NCBI RefSeq assembly: GCF_009914755.1 | Contig: NC_060942.1 | Source: the human T2T-CHM13v2.0 reference genome, Homo sapiens | Length of the DNA: 64,000 nucleotides | Strand: one strand, 5' to 3' | In this document: piece after piece, positions 23,701 through 36,200 of the stretch | Position numbering within the stretch: position 1 is the first letter of the stretch | Layout of the letters: each line of letters starts with the position of its first letter | The notes under the pieces: model-generated | Databases searched by the model: none | What the model saw: only the letters and a program-made list of their open reading frames with translations | What the model was told of the DNA's origin: nothing | Position numbers and translations under genes: made by a program

Positions 23701-25923
23701 CAAATTGCAGACTGCAGCGTTCTGAGAAACATCTTTGTGATGTTTGTATTCAGGACACAGAGTTGAACATTCCCTATCATAGAGCAGGTTGGAATCACTC
23801 CTTTTGTAGTATCTGGAAGTGGACATTTGGAGCGCTTTCAGGCCTATGTTGAAAAAGGAAATATCTTCCCATAACAACTAGACACAAGCATTCTCAGAAA
23901 CTTGTTTGTGATGTGTGCCCTCTACTGACAGAGTTGAACCTTTCTTTTCATAGAGCAGTTTTGAAACACTCTTTTTGTAGAATCTGCAAGAGGATATTTG
24001 CATAGCTTTGAGGATTTCGTGGGAAACGGGATTGTCTTCAGGTAAAATCTAGACAGAAGCATTCTCAGAAACTTCTTTGGGATGTTTGCATTCAAGTCAC
24101 AGAGTAGAACATTCCCTTTGGTAGAGCAGGTTTGAAACACTCTTTTTGTAGTATCTGGAAGTGGACATTTGGAGCGCTTTCAGGCCTATGTTGGAAAGGG
24201 AAATATCTTCCCGTAACAACTAGGCAGAAGCATTCTCAGAAACTTATTTGAGATGTGTGTACTCAACTAAGAGAATTGAACCACCGTTTTGAAGGAGCAG
24301 TTTTGAAACACTCTTTTTCTGGAATCTGCAAGAGGATATTTGCCTAGCCTTGAGGATTTCGTAGGAAACGGGATTGTCTTCAGATCAAATCTAGACAGAA
24401 GCATTCTCAGAAACTTCTTTGGGATGTTTGCATTCAAGTCACAGAGTAGAACATTCCCTTTGGTAGAGCAGGTTTGAAACACTCTTTTTTTAGTATATGG
24501 AAGTGGACATTTGGAGCGCTTTCAGGCCTACGTTGGAAAAGGAAATATCTTCCCATAACAACTAGACAGAAGCATTCTCAGAAACTAGTTTCTGATGTGT
24601 GTCCTCAACTAACACAGTTGAACATTTCTTTAGACAGAACAGTTTTGAAACACTCTTTTTGTGGAATCTGCAAGTGGCTATTTGGCTAGATTTGAGGATT
24701 TCGTTGGAAACGGGATTACATATAAAAAGCAGACAGCAGCATTCTCAGAAAGTTCTTTGTGATGATTGCATTCAAGTCACAGAATTGAACACTCCCTTTC
24801 ACAGAGCAGGTTTGAAACACTCTTTTTGTAGTGTGTGTAAGTGGACATTTGGAGCACTTTCCGGCCTAAGGTGAAAAAGGAAATATCTTCCCATAAAAAC
24901 TAGACAGAAGCACTCTCAGAAACTTACTCGTGATGTGTGTCCTCAACTAAAGGAGTAGAACCTTTCTTTTCATAGAGAAGTTTTGAAACGCTCTTTTTGT
25001 GGAATCTGCAAGTGGATATTTGGCTAGTTTTGAGGATTTCGTTGGAAGCGGGAATTCATACAAATTGCAGACTGCAGCGTTCTGAGAAACATCTTTGTGA
25101 TGTTTGTATTCAGGACACAGAGTTGAACATTCCCTATCATAGAGCAGGTTTGAATCACTCCTTTTGTAGTATCTGGAAGTGGACATTTGGAGCGCTTTCA
25201 GGCCTATGTTGGAAAAGGAAATATCTTCCCATAACAACTAGACAGAAGCATTCTCAGAAACTTATTTGAGATGTGTGTACTCAACTAAGAGAATTGAACC
25301 ACCGTTTTGAAGGAGCAGTTTTGAAACACTCTTTTTCTGGATTCTGCAAGTGGATATTTGGCTAGCTTTGGGGATTTCGCTGGAAGCGGGAATACATATA
25401 AAAAGCACACAGCAGCGTTCTGAGAAACTGCTTTCTGATGTTTGCATTCAAGTCAAAAGTTGAACACTCCCTTTCATAGTGCAGTCCTGAAACACTCCTT
25501 TTGTAGTATCTGGAACTGGACTTTTGGAGCGCTTTCAGGGCTAAGGTGAAAAAGGAAATATCTTCCCATAAAAACTGGACAGAAGCATTCTCAGAAACTT
25601 GTTTATGCTGTATCTACTCAACTAACAAAGTTGAACCTTTCTTTTGATAGAGCAGTTTTGAAATGCTCTTTTTGTGGAATCTGCAAGTGGATATTTGGCT
25701 AGTTTTGAGGATTTCGTTGGAAGCGGGAATTCATACAAATTGCAGACTGCAGGATTCTGAGAAACATCTTTGTGATGTTTGTATTCAGGACAGAGAGTTG
25801 AACATTCCCTATCATAGAGCAGGTTGGAATCACTCCTTTTGTAGTATCTGGAAGTGGACATTTGGAGCGCTTTCAGGCCTATGTTGAAAAAGGAAATATC
25901 TTCCCATAACAACTAGACACAAG

Positions 25924-27283
25924 CATTCTCAGAAACTTGTTTGTGATGTGTGCCCTCTACTGACAGAGTTGAACCTTTCTTTTCATAGAGCAGTTTTGAA
26001 ACACTCTTTTTGTAGAATCTGCAAGAGGATATTTGCATAGCTTTGAGGATTTCGTGGGAAACGGGATTGTCTTCAGGTAAAATCTAGACAGAAGCATTCT
26101 CAGAAACTTCTTTGGGATGTTTGCATTCAAGTCACAGAGTAGAACATTCCCTTTGGTAGAGCAGGTTTGAAACACTCTTTTTGTAGTATCTGGAAGTGGA
26201 CATTTGGAGCGCTTTCAGGCCTATGTTGGAAAGGGAAATATCTTCCCGTAACAACTAGGCAGAAGCATTCTCAGAAACTTATTTGAGATGTGTGTACTCA
26301 ACTAAGAGAATTGAACCACCGTTTTGAAGGAGCAGTTTTGAAACACTCTTTTTCTGGAATCTGCAAGAGGATATTTGCCTAGCCTTGAGGATTTCGTTGG
26401 AAACGGGATTGTCTTCAGATCAAATCTAGACAGAAGCATTCTCAGAAACTTCTTTGGGATGTTTGCATTCAAGTCACAGAGTAGAACATTCCCTTTGGTA
26501 GAGCAGGTTTGAAACACTCTTTTTTTAGTATATGGAAGTGGACATTTGGAGCGCTTTCAGGCCTACGTTGGAAAAGGAAATATCTTCCCATAACAACTAG
26601 ACAGAAGCATTCTCAGAAACTAGTTTCTGATGTGTGTCCTCAACTAACACAGTTGAATATTTCTTTAGACAGAACAGTTTTGAAACTCTCTTTTTGTGGA
26701 ATCTGCAAGTGGCTATTTGGCTAGATTTGAGGATTTCGTTGGAAACGGGATTACATATAAAAAGCAGACAGCAGCATTCTCAGAAAGTTCTTTGTGATGA
26801 TTGCATTCAAGTCACAGAATTGAACATTCCCTTTCACAGAGCAGGTTTGAAACACTCTTTTTATAGTGTGTGTAAGTGGACATTTGGAGCACTTTCCGGC
26901 CTAAGGTGAAAAAGGAAATATCTTCCCATAAAAACTAGACAGAAGCATTCTCAGAAACTTACTCGTGATGTGTGTCCTCAACTAAAGGAGTAGAACCTTT
27001 CTTTTCATAGAGAAGTTTTGAAACGCTCTTTTTGTGGAATCTGCAAGTGGATATTTGGCTAGTTTGGAGGATTTCGTTGGAAGCGGGAATTCATACAAAT
27101 TGCAGACTGCAGCGTTCTGAGAAACATCTTTGTGATGTTTGTATTCAGGACACAGAGTTGAACATTCCCTATCATAGAGCAGGTTGGAATCACTCCTTTT
27201 GTAGTATCTGGAAGTGGACATTTGGAGCGCTTTCAGGCCTATGTTGAAAAAGGAAATATCTTCCCATAACAACTAGACACAAG
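25924..27283 (+). repeat. 8-mer HOR structural variant U13 (m1-m7 + m8/m12 hybrid; 1360 bp)
   Basis: Unit spacing is 1360 bp. m8 ends with the m12-type ATGTTGAAAAAGG...GACACAAG and runs straight into m1. m9 to m11 are absent. Confidence 0.95.
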
Positions 27284-30200
27284 CATTCTCAGAAACTTGT
27301 TTGTGATGTGTGCCCTCTACTGACAGAGTTGAACCTTTCTTTTCATAGAGCAGTTTTGAAACACTCTTTTTGTAGAATCTGCAAGAGGATATTTGCATAG
27401 CTTTGAGGATTTCGTGGGAAACGGGATTGTCTTCAGGTAAAATCTAGACAGAAGCATTCTCAGAAACTTCTTTGGGATGTTTGCATTCAAGTCACAGAGT
27501 AGAACATTCCCTTTGGTAGAGCAGGTTTGAAACACTCTTTTTGTAGTATCTGGAAGTGGACATTTGGAGCGCTTTCAGGCCTATGTTGGAAAGGGAAATA
27601 TCTTCCCGTAACAACTAGGCAGAAGCATTCTCAGAAACTTATTTGAGATGTGTGTACTCAACTAAGAGAATTGAACCACCGTTTTGAAGGAGCAGTTTTG
27701 AAACACTCTTTTTCTGGAATCTGCAAGAGGATATTTGCCTAGCCTTGAGGATTTCGTTGGAAACGGGATTGTCTTCAGATCAAATCTAGACAGAAGCATT
27801 CTCAGAAACTTCTTTGGGATGTTTGCATTCAAGTCACAGAGTAGAACATTCCCTTTGGTAGAGCAGGTTTGAAACACTCTTTTTTTAGTATATGGAAGTG
27901 GACATTTGGAGCGCTTTCAGGCCTACGTTGGAAAAGGAAATATCTTCCCATAACAACTAGACAGAAGCATTCTCAGAAACTAGTTTCTGATGTGTGTCCT
28001 CAACTAACACAGTTGAACATTTCTTTAGACAGAACAGTTTTGAAACACTCTTTTTGTGGAATCTGCAAGTGGCTATTTGGCTAGATTTGAGGATTTCGTT
28101 GGAAACGGGATTACATATAAAAAGCAGACAGCAGCATTCTCAGAAAGTTCTTTGTGATGATTGCATTCAAGTCACAGAATTGAACATTCCCTTTCACAGA
28201 GCAGGTTTGAAACACTCTTTTTGTAGTGTTTGTAAGTGGACATTTGGAGCACTTTCCGGCCTAAGGTGAAAAAGGAAATATCTTCCCATAAAAACTAGAC
28301 AGAAGCACTCTCAGAAACTTACTCGTGATGTGTGTCCTCAACTAAAGGAGTAGAACCTTTCTTTTCATAGAGAAGTTTTGAAACGCTCTTTTTGTGGAAT
28401 CTGCAAGTGGATATTTGGCTAGTTTGGAGGATTTCGTTGGAAGCGGGAATTCATACAAATTGCAGACTGCAGCGTTCTGAGAAACATCTTTGTGATGTTT
28501 GTATTCAGGACACAGAGTTGAACATTCCCTATCATAGAGCAGGTTTGAATCACTCCTTTTGTAGTATCTGGAAGTGGACATTTGGAGCGCTTTCAGGCCT
28601 ATGTTGGAAAAGGAAATATCTTCCCATAACAACTAGACAGAAGCATTCTCAGAAACTTATTTGAGATGTGTGTACTCAACTAAGAGAATTGAACCACCGT
28701 TTTGAAGGAGCAGTTTTGAAACACTCTTTTTCTGGAATCTGCAAGTGGATATTTGGCTAGCTTTGGGGATTTCGCTGGAAGCGGGAATACATATAAAAAG
28801 CACACAGCAGCGTTCTGAGAAACTGCTTTCTGATGTTTGCATTCAAGTCAAAAGTTGAACACTCCCTTTCATAGTGCAGTCCTGAAACACTCCTTTTGTA
28901 GTATCTGGAACTGGACTTTTGGAGCGCTTTCAGGGCTAAGGTGAAAAAGGAAATATCTTCCCATAAAAACTGGACAGAAGCATTCTCAGAAACTTGTTTA
29001 TGCTGTATCTACTCAACTAACAAAGTTGAACCTTTCTTTTGATAGAGCAGTTTTGAAATGCTCTTTTTGTGGAATCTGCAAGTGGATATTTGGCTAGTTT
29101 TGAGGATTTCGTTGGAAGCGGGAATTCATACAAATTGCAGACTGCAGCGTTCTGAGAAACATCTTTGTGATGTTTGTATTCAGGACAGAGAGTTGAACAT
29201 TCCCTATCATAGAGCAGGTTGGAATCACTCCTTTTGTAGTATCTGGAAGTGGACATTTGGAGCGCTTTCAGGCCTATGTTGAAAAAGGAAATATCTTCCC
29301 ATAACAACTAGACACAAGCATTCTCAGAAACTTGTTTGTGATGTGTGCCCTCTACTGACAGAGTTGAACCTTTCTTTTCATAGAGCAGTTTTGAAACACT
29401 CTTTTTGTAGAATCTGCAAGAGGATTTTTGCATAGCTTTGAGGATTTCGTGGGAAACGGGATTGTCTTCAGGTAAAATCTAGACAGAAGCATTCTCAGAA
29501 ACTTCTTTGGGATGTTTGCATTCAAGTCACAGAGTAGAACATTCCCTTTGGTAGAGCAGGTTTGAAACACTCTTTTTGTAGTATCTGAAAGTGGACATTT
29601 GGAGCGCTTTCAGGCCTATGTTGGAAAGGGAAATATCTTCCGGTAACAACTAGGCAGAAGCATTCTCAGAAACTTATTTGAGATGTGTGTACTCAACTAA
29701 GAGAATTGAACCACCGTTTTGAAGGAGCAGTTTTGAAACACTCTTTTTCTGGAATCTGCAAGAGGATATTTGCCTAGCTTTGAGGATTTCGTTGGAAACG
29801 GGATTGTGTTCAGATCAAATCTAGACAGAAGCATTCTCAGAAACTTCTTTGGGATGTTTGCATTCAAGTCACAGAGTAGAACATTCCCTTTGGTAGAGCA
29901 GGTGTGAAACCCTCTTTTTTTAGTATATGGAAGTGGACATTTGGAGCGCTTTCAGGCCTACGTTGGAAAAGGAAATATCTTCCCATAACAACTAGACAGA
30001 AGCATTCTCAGAAACTAGTTTCTGATGTGTGTCCTCAACTAACACAGTTGAACATTTCTTTAGACAGAACAGTTTTGAAACTCTCTTTTTGTGGAATCTG
30101 CAAGTGGCTATTTGGCTAGATTTGAGGATTTCGTTGGAAACGGGATTACATATAAAAAGCAGACAGCAGCATTCTCAGAAAGTTCTTTGTGATGATTGCA

Positions 30201-33200
30201 TTCAAGTCACAGAATTGAACATTCCCTTTCACAGAGCAGGTTCGAAACACTCTTTTTGTAGTGTGTGTAAGTGGACATTTGGAGCACTTTCCGGCCTAAG
30301 GTGAGAAAGGAAATATCTTCCCATAAAAACTAGACAGAAGCATTCTCAGAAACTTACTCGTGATGTGTGTCCTCAACTAAAGGAGTAGAACCTTTCTTTC
30401 ATAGAGAAGTTTTGAAACGCTCTTTTTGTGGAATCTGCAAGTGGATATTTGGCTAGTTTGGAGGATTTCGTTGGAAGCGGGAATTCATACAAATTGCAGA
30501 CTGCAGCGTTCTGAGAAACATCTTTGTGATGTTTGTATTCAGGACACAGAGTTGAACATTCCCTATCATAGAGCAGGTTGGAATCACTCCTTTTGTAGTA
30601 TCTGGAAGTGGACATTTGGAGCGCTTTCAGGCCTATGTTGGAAAAGGAAATATCTTCCCATAACAACTAGACAGAAGCATTCTCAGAAACTTATTTGAGA
30701 TGTGTGTACTCAACTAAGAGAATTGAACCACCGTTTTGAAGGAGCAGTTTTGAAACACTCTTTTTCTGGAATCTGCAAGTGGATATTTGGCTAGCTTTGG
30801 GGATTTCGCTGGAGGCGGGAATACATATAAAAAGCACACAGCAGCGTTCTGAGAAACTGCTTTCTGATGTTTGCATTCAAGTCAAAAGTTGAACACTCCC
30901 TTTCATAGAGCAGTCCTGAAACACTCCTTTTGTAGTATCTGGAACTGGACTTTTGGAGCGCTTTCAGGGCTAAGGTGAAAAAGGAAATATCTTCCCATAA
31001 AAACTGGACAGAAGCATTCTCAGAAACTTGTTTATGCTGTATCTACTCAACTAACAAAGTTGAACCTTTCTTTTGATAGAGCAGTTTTGAAATGCTCTTT
31101 TTGTGGAATCTGCAAGTGGATATTTGGCTAGTTTTGAGGATTTCGCTGGAAGCGGGAATTCATACAAATTGCAGACTGCAGCGTTCTGAGAAACATCTTT
31201 GTGATGTTTGCATTCAGGACAGAGAGTTGAACATTCCCTATCATAGAGCAGGTTGGAATCACTCCTTTTGTAGTATCTGGAAGTGGACATTTGGAGCGCT
31301 TTCTGGCCTATGTTGAAAAAGGAAATATCTTCCCATAACAACTAGACACAAGCATTCTCAGAAACTTGTTTGTGATGTGTGCCCTCTACTGACAGAGTTG
31401 AACCTTTCTTTTCATAGAGCAGTTTTGAAACACTCTTTTTGTAGAATCTGCAAGAGGATATTTGCATAGCTTTGAGGATTTCGTGGGAAACGGGATTGTC
31501 TTCAGGTAAAATCTAGACAGAAGCATTCTCAGAAACTTCTTTGGGATGTTTGCATTCAAGTCACAGAGTAGAACATTCCCTTTGGTAGAGCAGGTTTGAA
31601 ACACTCTTTTTGTAGTATCTGGAAGTGGACATTTGGAGCGCTTTCAGGCCTATGTTGGAAAGGGAAATATCTTCCGGTAACAACTAGGCAGAAGCATTCT
31701 CAGAAACTTATTTGAGATGTGTGTACTCAACTAAGAGAATTGAACCACCGTTTTGAAGGAGCAGTTTTGAAACACTCTTTTTCTGGAATCTGCAAGAGGA
31801 TATTTGACTAGCTTTGAGGATTTCGTTGGAAACGGGATTGTGTTCAGATCAAATCTAGACAGAAGCATTCTCAGAAACTTCTTTGGGATGTTTGCATTCA
31901 AGTCACAGAGTAGAACATTCCCTTTGGTAGAGCAGGTGTGAAACACTCTTTTTTTAGTATATGGAAGTGGACATTTGGAGCGCTTTCAGGCCTACGTTGG
32001 AAAAGGAAATATCTTCCCATAACAACTAGACAGAAGCATTCTCAGAAACTAGTTTCTGATGTGTGTCCTCAACTAACACAGTTGAACATTTCTTTAGACA
32101 GAACAGTTTTGAAACACTCTTTTTGTGGAATCTGCAAGTGGCTATTTGGCTAGATTTGAGGATTTCGTTGGAAACGGGATTACATATAAAAAGCAGACAG
32201 CAGCATTCTCAGAAAGTTCTTTGTGATGATTGCATTCAAGTCACAGAATTGAACATTCCCTTTCACAGAGCAGGTTTGAAACACTCTTTTTGTAGTGTTT
32301 GTAAGTGGACATTTGGAGCACTTTCCGGCCTAAGGTGAAAAAGGAAATATCTTCCCATAAAAACTAGACAGAAGCACTCTCAGAAACTTACTCGTGATGT
32401 GTGTCCTCAACTAAAGGAGTAGAACCTTTCTTTTCATAGAGAAGTTTTGAAACGCTCTTTTTGTGGAATCTGCAAGTGGATATTTGGCTAGTTTGGAGGA
32501 TTTCGTTGGAAGCGGGAATTCATACAAATTGCAGACTGCAGCGTTCTGAGAAACATCTTTGTGATGTTTGTATTCAGGACACAGAGTTGAACATTCCCTA
32601 TCATAGAGCAGGTTTGAATCACTCCTTTTGTAGTATCTGGAAGTGGACATTTGGAGCGCTTTCAGGCCTATGTTGGAAAAGGAAATATCTTCCCATAACA
32701 ACTAGACAGAAGCATTCTCAGAAACTTATTTGAGATGTGTGTACTCAACTAAGAGAATTGAACCACCGTTTTGAAGGAGCAGTTTTGAAACACTCTTTTT
32801 CTGGAATCTGCAAGTGGATATTTGGCTAGCTTTGGGGATTTCGCTGGAAGCGGGAATACATATAAAAAGCACACAGCAGCGTTCTGAGAAACTGCTTTCT
32901 GATGTTTGCATTCAAGTCAAAAGTTGAACACTCCCTTTCATAGTGCAGTCCTGAAACACTCCTTTTGTAGTATCTGGAACTGGACTTTTGGAGCGCTTTC
33001 AGGGCTAAGGTGAAAAAGGAAATATCTTCCCATAAAAACTGGACAGAAGCATTCTCAGAAACTTGTTTATGCTGTATCTACTCAACTAACAAAGTTGAAC
33101 CTTTCTTTTGATAGAGCAGTTTTGAAATGCTCTTTTTGTGGAATCTGCAAGTGGATATTTGGCTAGTTTTGAGGATTTCGTTGGAAGCGGGAATTCATAC

Positions 33201-36200
33201 AAATTGCAGACTGCAGCGTTCTGAGAAACATCTTTGTGATGTTTGTATTCAGGACAGAGAGTTGAACATTCCCTATCATAGAGCAGGTTGGAATCACTCC
33301 TTTTGTAGTATCTGGAAGTGGACATTTGGAGCGCTTTCAGGCCTATGTTGAAAAAGGAAATATCTTCCCATAACAACTAGACACAAGCATTCTCAGAAAC
33401 TTGTTTGTGATGTGTGCCCTCTACTGACAGAGTTGAACCTTTCTTTTCATAGAGCAGTTTTGAAACACTCTTTTTGTAGAATCTGCAAGAGGATTTTTGC
33501 ATAGCTTTGAGGATTTCGTGGGAAACGGGATTGTCTTCAGGTAAAATCTAGACAGAAGCATTCTCAGAAACTTCTTTGGGATGTTTGCATTCAAGTCACA
33601 GAGTAGAACATTCCCTTTGGTAGAGCAGGTTTGAAACACTCTTTTTGTAGTATCTGAAAGTGGACATTTGGAGCGCTTTCAGGCCTATGTTGGAAAGGGA
33701 AATATCTTCCGGTAACAACTAGGCAGAAGCATTCTCAGAAACTTATTTGAGATGTGTGTACTCAACTAAGAGAATTGAACCACCGTTTTGAAGGAGCAGT
33801 TTTGAAACACTCTTTTTCTGGAATCTGCAAGAGGATATTTGCCTAGCTTTGAGGATTTCGTTGGAAACGGGATTGTGTTCAGATCAAATCTAGACAGAAG
33901 CATTCTCAGAAACTTCTTTGGGATGTTTGCATTCAAGTCACAGAGTAGAACATTCCCTTTGGTAGAGCAGGTGTGAAACACTCTTTTTTTAGTATATGGA
34001 AGTGGACATTTGGAGCGCTTTCAGGCCTACGTTGGAAAAGGAAATATCTTCCCATAACAACTAGACAGAAGCATTCTCAGAAACTAGTTTCTGATGTGTG
34101 TCCTCAACTAACACAGTTGAACATTTCTTTAGACAGAACAGTTTTGAAACTCTCTTTTTGTGGAATCTGCAAGTGGCTATTTGGCTAGATTTGAGGATTT
34201 CGTTGGAAACGGGATTATATATAAAAAGCAGACAGCAGCATTCTCAGAAAGTTCTTTGTGATGATTGCATTCAAGTCACAGAATTGAACATTCCCTTTCA
34301 CAGAGCAGGTTTGAAACACTCTTTTTGTAGTGTGTGTAAGTGGACATTTGGAGCACTTTCCGGCCTAAGGTGAGAAAGGAAATATCTTCCCATAAAAACT
34401 AGACAGAAGTATTCTCAGAAACTTACTCTTGATGTGTGTCCTCAACTAAAGGAGTAGAACCTTTCTTTCATAGAGAAGTTTTGAAACGCTCTTTTTGTGG
34501 AATCTGCAAGTGGATATTTGGCTAGTTTGGAGGATTTCGTTGGAAGCGGGAATTCATACAAATTGCAGACTGCAGCGTTCTGAGAAACATCTTTGTGATG
34601 TTTGTATTCAGGACACAGGGTTGAACATTCCCTATCATAGAGCAGGTTGGAATCACTCCTTTTGTAGTATCTGGAAGTGGACATTTGGAGCGCTTTCAGG
34701 CCTATGTTGGAAAAGGAAATATCTTCCCATAACAACTAGACAGAAGCATTCTCAGAAACTTATTTGAGATGTGTGTACTCAACTAAGAGAATTGAACCAC
34801 CGTTTTGAAGGAGCAGTTTTGAAACACTCTTTTTCTGGAATCTGCAAGTGGATATTTGGCTAGCTTTGGGGATTTCGCTGGAGGCGGGAATACATATAAA
34901 AAGCACACAGCAGCGTTCTGAGAAACTGCTTTCTGATGTTTGCATTCAAGTCAAAAGTTGAACACTCCCTTTCATAGAGCAGTCCTGAAACACTCCTTTT
35001 GTAGTATCTGGAACTGGACTTTTGGAGCGCTTTCAGGGCTAAGGTGAAAAAGGAAATATCTTCCCATAAAAACTGGACAGAAGCATTCTCAGAAACTTGT
35101 TTATGCTGTATCTACTCAACTAACAAAGTTGAACCTTTCTTTTGATAGAGCAGTTTTGAAATGCTCTTTTTGTGGAATCTGCAAGTGGATATTTGGCTAG
35201 TTTTGAGGATTTCGCTGGAAGCGGGAATTCATACAAATTGCAGACTGCAGCGTTCTGAGAAACATCTTTGTGATGTTTGTATTCAGGACAGAGAGTTGAA
35301 CATTCCCTATCATAGAGCAGGTTGGAATCACTCCTTTTGTAGTATCTGGAAGTGGACATTTGGAGCGCTTTCAGGCCTATGTTGAAAAAGGAAATATCTT
35401 CCCATAACAACTAGACACAAGCATTCTCAGAAACTTGTTTGTGATGTGTGCCCTCTACTGACAGAGTTGAACCTTTCTTTTCATAGAGCAGTTTTGAAAC
35501 ACTCTTTTTGTAGAATCTGCAAGAGGATATTTGCATAGCTTTGAGGATTTCGTGGGAAACGGGATTGTCTTCAGGTAAAATCTAGACAGAAGCATTCTCA
35601 GAAACTTCTTTGGGATGTTTGCATTCAAGTCACAGAGTAGAACATTCCCTTTGGTAGAGCAGGTTTGAAACACTCTTTTTGTAGTATCTGGAAGTGGACA
35701 TTTGGAGCGCTTTCAGGCCTATGTTGGAAAGGGAAATATCTTCCCGTAACAACTAGGCAGAAGCATTCTCAGAAACTTATTTGAGATGTGTGTACTCAAC
35801 TAAGAGAATTGAACCACCGTTTTGAAGGAGCAGTTTTGAAACACTCTTTTTCTGGAATCTGCAAGAGGATATTTGCCTAGCCTTGAGGATTTCGTAGGAA
35901 ACGGGATTGTCTTCAGATCAAATCTAGACAGAAGCATTCTCAGAAACTTCTTTGGGATGTTTGCATTCAAGTCACAGAGTAGAACATTCCCTTTGGTAGA
36001 GCAGGTTTGAAACACTCTTTTTTTAGTATATGGAAGTGGACATTTGGAGCGCTTTCAGGCCTACGTTGGAAAAGGAAATATCTTCCCATAACAACTAGAC
36101 AGAAGCATTCTCAGAAACTAGTTTCTGATGTGTGTCCTCAACTAACACAGTTGAACATTTCTTTAGACAGAACAGTTTTGAAACACTCTTTTTGAGGAAT

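Larger units (their letters stand above)
4229..24790 (+). repeat. Tandem block duplication of ~10.85 kb (16-mer + four 12-mers; end points approximate)
   Basis: Rare variants recur at an offset of 10847/10848: 4936/15783, 6957/17804, 9897/20745, 11837/22685, 13515/24363. The 16-mer junction recurs at the same offset. Confidence 0.9.
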
